This document shows positions 16,813-23,474 of a stretch of 23,474 nt of DNA, one piece after another; the first letter of the stretch is position 1, and each line of letters starts with the position of its first letter. The translations under genes and the position numbers were made by a program. A model generated the notes under the pieces. The model saw only the letters and a list, made by a program, of their open reading frames with translations, had not been told where the DNA came from and made no database searches. This DNA comes from Candidatus Undinarchaeales archaeon (GTDB lineage: Archaea > SpSt-1190 > JASMDC01), in assembly GCA_030753015.1 (NCBI GenBank), contig JASMDC010000051.1, positions 1 through 23,474 on the forward strand, read 5' to 3'.

Positions 16813-17511
16813 CTAGGTCCGGTACGAGATCCGATACTTCTCCCGTTCCTCGGAAAAGTGTTCACGGATCATCTCCTGGAAGGCACTGTACGCCTTCACT
16901 GCGTCCTTCTCGCCGATGATGTACGTCAGCTCGGTCATGGTGGAGATGTTCTCGAAGATGTTCACGTTCTCCCAGGCGAGCCTTCGTGTGACCAGTGAGA
17001 GTATGCCTGGCGTGTGCAGGAATTCCTCGCCCAGACTGAGGGTGATGGCGACCAGGTCCTTTTCGATGTTCAGGACCGTCTCATCCTTCAGGATCGTTCT
17101 CAGTTCATCGAGGTGCTTTTGGGAGATCACAATGGTGATCTCGTAGTTCCCCTGGATTATGTTGAGGGTCTCACCCTTCTCATAGTCGACCACTCGGTGT
17201 ATCTGCTCGATCCTGGCAAGGGCCGACGGGGCCTTGACGATGCAGACATCGCACAGGTTGGTCTTCATGATGATCTCGTTACTCCATGTTATCGGCTTTT
17301 GGATAATGGTCTCCTTCTTCAGCCGTTCTCCATGCCGCCGCAAGGCCATTATGATGGCCGTGTTCTTGACCTCGGTGCCGAGCTCTGCCTCGATCCGTGG
17401 CCTCAGCTTCTGGGCAAGGCTCGAGTAGTTGACGATCCCCTCCATTATCGCTTCCTGCAACCGGGGTCGCGCATTGATGATGCTCTTGACGACGTGGCTG
17501 ATCGTTACCAT
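16813..17511 (-). CDS. ACT-domain-containing putative amino-acid-sensing regulator
   Basis: N-terminal HTH-like GIVNYSSLAQKL..AIIMALRR; C-terminal aspartokinase-type ACT-like TPGILSLVTRRLAWENVNIFENISTMTELTYII. No kinase domain. Divergent from the lys operon. Confidence 0.75.
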   Translation of the reverse strand: MVTISHVVKSIINARPRLQEAIMEGIVNYSSLAQKLRPRIEAELGTEVKNTAIIMALRRHGERLKKETIIQKPITWSNEIIMKTNLCDVCIVKAPSALARIEQIHRVVDYEKGETLNIIQGNYEITIVISQKHLDELRTILKDETVLNIEKDLVAITLSLGEEFLHTPGILSLVTRRLAWENVNIFENISTMTELTYIIGEKDAVKAYSAFQEMIREHFSEEREKYRISYRT

Positions 17512-17612
17512 AACACATCCGCCTACTTTTTTGTTAGTATTATAACATCACGTTTATTAATAAGGCTTTCTTTCAGGCACACCTGGTCAACATCACCAAG
17601 AGGCGAATACGA
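17512..17612. promoter_or_regulatory. Divergent promoter region of the regulator and the lysW operon
   Basis: AT-rich; tgtta-N6-taaca (17532-47) and the palindrome ttattaataa (17554-63); gaggcg SD-like sequence before lysW. Confidence 0.5.
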
Positions 17613-17777
17613 ATGGATGAATGTGTAACGTGTGGAGGAGAACTGAGCGTTCCCACAGGGACCGAGATCAACGAGATAATCACCTGCGACGACTGCGGCT
17701 CCGAGCTCGAGGTCGTGAGCATGGAACCCTTGACCCTGCACCTGGCGCCGGAAGAGGAGGAGGACTGGGGCGAGTAG
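17613..17777 (+). CDS. lysW: Amino-group carrier protein LysW (absent from the ORF track)
   Basis: Manual translation MDECVTCGGELSVPTGTEINEIITCDDCGSELEVVSMEPLTLHLAPEEEEDWGE: two CxxC motifs and the diagnostic C-terminal EDWGE. Confidence 0.97.
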   Translation: MDECVTCGGELSVPTGTEINEIITCDDCGSELEVVSMEPLTLHLAPEEEEDWGE

Positions 17778-17820
17778 GTCTTTGCCTGGCCCTGCCGACT
17801 CCGTACCGAGGGGATCTACG

Positions 17821-18057
17821 ATGGTCTTGATACTGGATCCAACGTTAGAAGCGGGCGAACAGACCCCGGGCGTGTACTTCGCACCCCACATCAAGCTGGC
17901 CATCGTCGGCCTTCCTGACCGCATCGGCGCAGACCTTGTCGAAGCAGGTCATCCAGCCGAAAGCGACGAGATCGAGCACATCGTCCGATGGTGTGAGGAG
18001 CACCACGACATAACGGACCGTGTCCACCGACAAAGGAGGGAGCGCACATGCGCGTAG
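17821..18057 (+). CDS. Small hypothetical protein (78 aa) between lysW and lysX
   Basis: ATG 17821 preceded by gagggg; fills the gap and overlaps the lysX start by 10 nt. No family recognised. Confidence 0.5.
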   Translation: MVLILDPTLEAGEQTPGVYFAPHIKLAIVGLPDRIGADLVEAGHPAESDEIEHIVRWCEEHHDITDRVHRQRRERTCA

Positions 18058-18887
18058 GTTTCCTGCACTCACTGATACGTAAGGATGAAAAACATCTTCT
18101 GAAAGAACTGAAACAACGGGGCGTCGAGCCGGTCCGGATCGATGACCGGCGACAGGTCTTTGATCTGCACGATGTCGAGGATGACTACGATGTGGTCATC
18201 GAACGCTGCATCAACCACTCACGGGCCCTTTATGCCCTGAAGCTCCTGAACGACAGTGGGGTCCGGACCGTGAACACCTACGAGGTGGCCAACGTGTGCG
18301 GCAGCAAACTACTGACCACAGCGGCCCTGATCAAGGCAGGTGTCCCGACACCACGGTGCTTTACCGCCTTCTCGTCCGAATCGGCGCTCGAGGCCATGGA
18401 GCGACTGGGCTATCCCTGCGTGGTGAAGCCGGCCACGGGTTCATGGGGACGGCTTTTAGCGAAGGTCAACGATCGCGAGGCCGCCGAGGCGGTCCTCGAG
18501 CACAAGCAGGTCCTGGGCAGTTATCATCACTCCATCTTCTACATCCAGGAGTACATCGAGAAACAGGGTCGTGACATCCGCAGCTTCGTGGTGGGGGACG
18601 AGTGCATCGCCGCCATCTACCGGAATTCCGGCCACTGGATCACCAACACGGCACGGGGCGGGGTGGCGAGCAACTGTCCTGTAACGCCCGAGCTTGGTGA
18701 TATCTCGCTCGCCGCGGCCCAGGCCGTGGGAGGGGGCGTGGTCGCCGTCGACCTGTTCGAGACGGACGACGGGCTCACTGTGAACGAGGTGAACTACACC
18801 ATGGAGTTCAAGAACAGCATCGATGTCACCGGTGTGAACATCCCGGCAAAGGTCGTGGAGTACGCGCTCGAGGTGGGGGAACGATGA
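18048..18887 (+). CDS. lysX: Alpha-aminoadipate--LysW ligase (RimK/ATP-grasp)
   Basis: [47 protein letters not shown]; SD aggagg. Confidence 0.95.
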   Translation: MRVGFLHSLIRKDEKHLLKELKQRGVEPVRIDDRRQVFDLHDVEDDYDVVIERCINHSRALYALKLLNDSGVRTVNTYEVANVCGSKLLTTAALIKAGVPTPRCFTAFSSESALEAMERLGYPCVVKPATGSWGRLLAKVNDREAAEAVLEHKQVLGSYHHSIFYIQEYIEKQGRDIRSFVVGDECIAAIYRNSGHWITNTARGGVASNCPVTPELGDISLAAAQAVGGGVVAVDLFETDDGLTVNEVNYTMEFKNSIDVTGVNIPAKVVEYALEVGER

Positions 18888-19906
18888 GGGCCAGTATCGT
18901 CGGGTGCAGCGGATACGTCGGCGGAGAGCTTTTGCGTCTGCTCCTCCAGCACCCTCACGTCGAGGTACACCAGGTCACGTCGGAACGCTTTGCCGGAAAG
19001 CCCGTCAAGCAGGTCCACCCGAACCTGCGAGGATCGAGCGACCTGAAGTTCGTCAGCGCAAAGGACCTGGAGGACGTGGACCTGCTGTTCACGGCCCTGC
19101 CGCACACGAACCTCATGCAACGTTTCGACGAGTTCGACGCCCGTGCCGGGCGCATCATCGATCTTTCCGCGGACTTTAGACTCAAGGACCTGGAGGCGTA
19201 CCGCGAATGGTACGACCTCGACCACCCGCGACCGGAGCTTTTGGAAGAGTTCGTGTACGGCATAGTCGAACTGCACCGCGACCAGATGCGGAGCGCGCAT
19301 TACATCAGCAGCGCCGGGTGCAACGCAACGGCCGCGATACTGTCGCTACACCCGCTCTTTGCGAACGGTGTGGTGGACCGGGAGAGACCCGTGGTCGCGG
19401 AAGCGAAGTGCGGGTCCTCCGAGGCCGGGAACAAGTCCTCGGAAGCATCCCATCATCCCGAGCGGAGCGGCTGCGTCCGTTCGTACAAGCCGATCCGGCA
19501 CCGGCACACGGCAGAGATGGCCCAGGAGCTGGGCGGCCATGTCAACTTCTCGGCCACGTCCATCGAGATGGTGCGGGGCATCCTGATGACGGCCCACGTG
19601 TTCGTCCGCGACGGGGTCACCGAGCGCGACATCTGGAGGACGTACCGCTCCGAGTACGGCACCGAGCCCTTCGTCAGGATCGTGAAGGAGCGCACGGGCC
19701 TCTACCGCTATCCCGAGCCCAAGATCCTTGCAGGCACGAACTACTGCGACATCGGCTTTGCCATGGACGGTGACCGGCTCGTCGTCATGGGCGCCATCGA
19801 CAACCTGATGAAAGGTGCTGCGGGCCAGGCCGTGCACGCCATGAACGTGATGTGCGATTTTTCCGAGACCGCAGGTCTCTCCTTTACGGGGTTGCATCCG
19901 ATATGA
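18884..19906 (+). CDS. lysY: LysW-aminoadipyl-6-phosphate reductase (ArgC family)
   Basis: [55 protein letters not shown]; ATGA overlap with lysX. Confidence 0.95.
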   Translation: MRASIVGCSGYVGGELLRLLLQHPHVEVHQVTSERFAGKPVKQVHPNLRGSSDLKFVSAKDLEDVDLLFTALPHTNLMQRFDEFDARAGRIIDLSADFRLKDLEAYREWYDLDHPRPELLEEFVYGIVELHRDQMRSAHYISSAGCNATAAILSLHPLFANGVVDRERPVVAEAKCGSSEAGNKSSEASHHPERSGCVRSYKPIRHRHTAEMAQELGGHVNFSATSIEMVRGILMTAHVFVRDGVTERDIWRTYRSEYGTEPFVRIVKERTGLYRYPEPKILAGTNYCDIGFAMDGDRLVVMGAIDNLMKGAAGQAVHAMNVMCDFSETAGLSFTGLHPI

Positions 19907-20691
19907 TCCTTGTCAAGGTCGGCGGTGCCGTTGGTATCGATTACGACCGCGTCCTGCAGGATGTGGCGCGGTACCAGGACGTCGTCATGGTCCACGGCGG
20001 GTCCGCGGAGCTCAACAACATCTCAACGCTGCTGGGCAAGCCGCCCCGGATGCTGACATCGGCCTCGGGTCACGTGTCCCGACGGACCGACCCAGAGACA
20101 CTTGCGATCTTCAACATGGTCTACTGCGGCAAGATGAACAAGATGATCGTGGAGAAACTGCAGCAGCTGGGCGTGAACGCAGTAGGGCTCAGCGGGATCG
20201 ACGGTCGGCTTCTCGTGGGCAAGCGAAAGCATCCACGGGTCGTGGAGAACGGCAAGAAGAAGGTCCTCCGCGACGATTATACCGGGCGCGTGGACCGCGT
20301 CAACGTCGATCTGATCACCCTGCTCCTCGATAACGGCTTCCTGCCGGTGATCACACCACCGGCCCTGAGCTATGACAACGAGGCCATCAATGTCGACGGC
20401 GACCGGGCCGCAGCCAGTATCGCCAGCGCCCTGGATGCTGAGGCCCTTGTGATCCTCTCTAACATCCCCGGACTCCTGCGCGACGTCGATGACGAGGCCA
20501 GCCTGATCGAACACATCGATGCGGACAGGGCCGAGGAATACATGCCGTTCGCACAGGGCAGGATGAAAAAGAAGCTGCTCGGGGCCATCGAGGCCCTGGA
20601 CCAGGGAGTGGGCACGGTGATCTTCGGGGACGCCCGGGTGGATGAGCCCGTGACCCGTGCCCTGCAAGGCCGGGGGACCGTGATCCAATGA
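19903..20691 (+). CDS. lysZ: [LysW]-aminoadipate kinase (ArgB family)
   Basis: Start ATG 19903 (ATGA overlap); [29 protein letters not shown]. Confidence 0.95.
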   Translation: MILVKVGGAVGIDYDRVLQDVARYQDVVMVHGGSAELNNISTLLGKPPRMLTSASGHVSRRTDPETLAIFNMVYCGKMNKMIVEKLQQLGVNAVGLSGIDGRLLVGKRKHPRVVENGKKKVLRDDYTGRVDRVNVDLITLLLDNGFLPVITPPALSYDNEAINVDGDRAAASIASALDAEALVILSNIPGLLRDVDDEASLIEHIDADRAEEYMPFAQGRMKKKLLGAIEALDQGVGTVIFGDARVDEPVTRALQGRGTVIQ

Positions 20692-21839
20692 ACGTAATAG
20701 CCGTCGAGGACGCGTGCGAGGTGGACGTGTACCCGCGACGTGACGTGGTCCTCGTCAGAGGGCAGGGGAGCACGCTCTACGACCACCGGGGCAGGGCGTA
20801 CATCGACTGCGCCGCCAACGTGGGCGTCTCGAACATCGGCCACGGGAATGAACGCGTGGCCCGCGCTATTGCCGAGCAGTACCTGACGCTGGGCAACTGC
20901 TACGGCATGTTCTACAACGATGTACGCGCACGCCTGGCACAAAAGCTCGTGACCATCACACCACCCGGTCTGGACAGGGTGTTCTTCTGCAACTCGGGCA
21001 CAGAGGCCGTGGAGGCGGCCATCAAGTTCGCGCGCGCGACAACGAACAGGCACGAGATCGTCTGTGCCATGCGCGGGTTCCACGGCAAGACCATGGGCTC
21101 ACTTGGGGCGACCTGGGGCAAACACTACCAGGAACCGTTCTTGCCCATGCTGGCAGGCTTTCACCACGCACCCTTCAACAAGTTCGAGAGACTGGAGGCC
21201 GCCATCAGCGACGACACGGCCGCCATCCTGCTCGAGGTCGTCCAGGGCGAGGGCGGTGTTCGTGTCGGCGATCCGGACTTCTTTGCAAAGGTCCGACGAT
21301 GCTGTGACGACCGGGGCATCCTCCTCCTAATCGACGAGGTGCAGACGGGCTTTGGCAGGACCGGGAAGATGTTCGCGCACGAGCATTACGTGGTCCCCGA
21401 CATCCTGTGCCTTGCCAAGGCCATCGCCGGCGGCGTCCCCATGGGCGCCGTGGTGTGCAACGAGAGGGTGCGCGTGCCCAGAAAGAGCCATACGACGACC
21501 TTTGGCGGCAGTCCGCTGGCCTGTGCCGCGGCCCTTGCATCGCTGGAGGTCATCGAACAGGAAGGGCTGGTCGCACAAGCAGCCGACCAGGGTGCGTACT
21601 TCCTGGACCGGTTGCGGACCATCGAGAGCGACCGGATCAGGGAGGTCCGCGGTCTGGGCCTGATGATCGGTATCGAGCTGAAGGGGAAGGCGGCACCCTA
21701 CGTCCGCGCCCTGATGGACCGCGGCATCATCGCCCTCCTGGCGGGCAAGTGCGTGATCCGACTGCTGCCACCTCTAATCATCACAAGAGACGAGATCGAC
21801 CGAGTGCTGGCGTGCCTGCAAGAGGTCTTTGCATGCTGA
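20688..21839 (+). CDS. lysJ: [LysW]-aminoadipate semialdehyde aminotransferase (class III PLP, ArgD family)
   Basis: NSGTEAVEAAIK, FHGKTMG, EVVQGEGG, DEVQTGFGRTG, LAKAIAGG, TTFGG. Confidence 0.93.
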   Translation: MNVIAVEDACEVDVYPRRDVVLVRGQGSTLYDHRGRAYIDCAANVGVSNIGHGNERVARAIAEQYLTLGNCYGMFYNDVRARLAQKLVTITPPGLDRVFFCNSGTEAVEAAIKFARATTNRHEIVCAMRGFHGKTMGSLGATWGKHYQEPFLPMLAGFHHAPFNKFERLEAAISDDTAAILLEVVQGEGGVRVGDPDFFAKVRRCCDDRGILLLIDEVQTGFGRTGKMFAHEHYVVPDILCLAKAIAGGVPMGAVVCNERVRVPRKSHTTTFGGSPLACAAALASLEVIEQEGLVAQAADQGAYFLDRLRTIESDRIREVRGLGLMIGIELKGKAAPYVRALMDRGIIALLAGKCVIRLLPPLIITRDEIDRVLACLQEVFAC

Positions 21840-22834
21840 TCGAAGATATGGTCTCCATCTACAGCCCCACGGGCTCGGAAGGCGAGCTGGTGAGCTTTCT
21901 GATCGAGTGGGCCTCTGCGCACGGGTTCAGGGCGTACCGGGACGAGGTCGGCAACTTCGTTGCCGAGAAGGGCTCGGGCACAGAGGTCCTGCTCGTCGGG
22001 CACGTGGACACCGTGCCTGGCGAGATCGGGGTCCGACAGGTGGGGCGACGACTGTACGGTCGAGGTGCCGTTGACGCCAAGGGGCCGCTGGCCTGCTTTC
22101 TGGAGGCTGCCGCGGCCGTCGACGTGGGCAAGGTCCGCGTCATCGGGGCAGTGGACGAGGAGGGCGGTTCGCGCGGCGCTCGGCACGTCCTCGACCGGTT
22201 CGATCCGGCGTTCATCATCGTTGGCGAGCCCAGCGGCTGGAGCAACGTGACGCTCGGGTACAAGGGACGGGTCACCCTATCCTACCACAGGGAGCAGGCC
22301 AAGGTGCACAGCTCGAATTCTGCTGCGAACGGTCATGAAGAGGCCATCGACTTCTACAACGAGCTGCGGTCGTACACGGACGGTATCAACCGCGGTAAGA
22401 GCCTGTTCGGTCAGCTGGGGATGAAGCTTGTGGCCGTCAATACCCAAGATGACGGGTTTTGCGAGCACACCGACATGGTGATCGATCTCCGGCTCCCCGT
22501 GGACCTTGACGCGACAACGTTGCAGGCGTTCGTCCACGACATCCAGGGTGATGCACGGGTGACGTACTCGCGCATGGAGGCCCCGGTGCGCGTCGGCAAG
22601 GGCAACAGGCTCGTTACGAGCTTCATGCGTGCCATCCGCTCGAACGACGGGAAGGTGACGTTCAAGCTGAAGTCCGGTACCTCTGACATGAACGTACTAC
22701 AGGCGTACAATGTTCCCATGGTGACGTACGGCCCGGGCGATGCGACCCTTGACCATACACCGGACGAGCATCTGGACCTGGACGAGTACGAGCGGGCCGT
22801 GAGCGTTCTCACCGCCGTACTGAAGATGCTGTGA
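21833..22834 (+). CDS. lysK: [LysW]-lysine hydrolase (M20 family)
   Basis: True start ATG 21833 inside the listed ORF 21407-22834; GHVDTVPG, GRGAVDAKGP, VDEEG, GEPSG, GTSDMN, YGPGD..LDHTPDE. Confidence 0.95.
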   Translation: MLIEDMVSIYSPTGSEGELVSFLIEWASAHGFRAYRDEVGNFVAEKGSGTEVLLVGHVDTVPGEIGVRQVGRRLYGRGAVDAKGPLACFLEAAAAVDVGKVRVIGAVDEEGGSRGARHVLDRFDPAFIIVGEPSGWSNVTLGYKGRVTLSYHREQAKVHSSNSAANGHEEAIDFYNELRSYTDGINRGKSLFGQLGMKLVAVNTQDDGFCEHTDMVIDLRLPVDLDATTLQAFVHDIQGDARVTYSRMEAPVRVGKGNRLVTSFMRAIRSNDGKVTFKLKSGTSDMNVLQAYNVPMVTYGPGDATLDHTPDEHLDLDEYERAVSVLTAVLKML

Positions 22835-22959
22835 GATCGCGACAGGGGATAGGTTAACAGTGTGAGATACAACACAGTAATGGGAAAGGGTTCATGACAG
22901 AACCGTGAACTCTTGCTGGGAATGGGTGGGACGTAGAATGGCCATCCTGAGTGGTCTTT

Positions 22960-23132
22960 CCCCTGCCGGGAAGGCCGGGGGTGCATAAAAGCCACACCCA
23001 AAACGAGCGTTTTCGCGAAATGCCACGATATGCGGGACTTCCCTGCCGGGAAGGCCGGGGGTGCATAAATGCCCCATCCTAACCGTGACTTTTGTAGAAA
23101 TGCCACGATATTCGGGACATCCCTGCCGGGAA
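22960..23132. repeat. 80-bp tandem repeat, about 2.2 copies
   Basis: ccctgccgggaa at 22961, 23041 and 23121; gaaatgccacgatat at 23017 and 23097. Confidence 0.9.
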
Positions 23133-23474
23133 ATCGCTAGGTGCGCACTTGCCACGCGAAAAAGCACGGCTACTATGCATTTTGCGAGGGCGTGAACGGG
23201 GAAGTAACTGATCATTCGGCACTCAAGCCGGGAATTGAACCCGGAGATGGGTACTAAAATGGTGCTGTTGGATTTGAATCGAGTCTGGGGGGAGCATCGT
23301 GAACGGGGCGAAGGACAAGGAGAAGATCCTGCACATCCTGGCGAAGACCATGGGCAACGGCAAGGGTGCTGAGTGAGCGTATTGGAAACGGACTAGGGTG
23401 GTGGAAGGGCGCCCGTCTGAATGAGTCCATCAATCGTGAGCCTATATCCCACATTGGAAGAAATAAATTGAATA

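Noticed and set aside
22960-23132. CRISPR array
   Set aside because: The putative spacers are homologous to each other, the repeat is too long, there are only about two units, and no cas genes are present.
23200-23300. Complete tRNA gene
   Set aside because: Only a T-arm is present; no cloverleaf could be built.
23299-23376. 25-codon ORF VNGAKDKEKILHILAKTMGNGKGAE with a G-rich SD
   Set aside because: Too short to support without homology or expression data.

Overview
GC-rich window, very probably archaeal: TATA-like boxes about 25 bp before near-leaderless starts, archaeal ATPase_2/DUF234 proteins, an S-layer domain and a LysW pathway. A DPANN-like host is a guess only. There are three blocks. 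(1) 1-7.8 kb: a giant CWB2/coiled-coil/Cys-rich surface protein, a class I glutamine amidotransferase divergent from an AlaDH/PNT-family oxidoreductase, and a secreted HExxH protein fused to an S-layer domain. (2) 7.9-16.5 kb: an accessory or defence-like island with two ATPase-wHTH-PD-(D/E)xK genes, a Fic gene with twin operators, an ST7/TPR-like gene, and one intact, one internally deleted and one fragmentary DUF1016/YhcG gene. (3) 16.8-22.8 kb: an ACT-type regulator divergent from lysW-orf-lysX-lysY-lysZ-lysJ-lysK, followed by an 80-bp tandem repeat. Two signals stand out in the island. First, eight 25-bp in-frame palindromes in the DUF1016 linkers, whose arms change sequence while staying complementary, at 63/66-bp spacing within the two genes. 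Second, a three-copy ~135-bp intergenic element that looks like a TATA promoter, a G.U-rich hairpin and a pyrimidine tail, i.e. a candidate small RNA gene.
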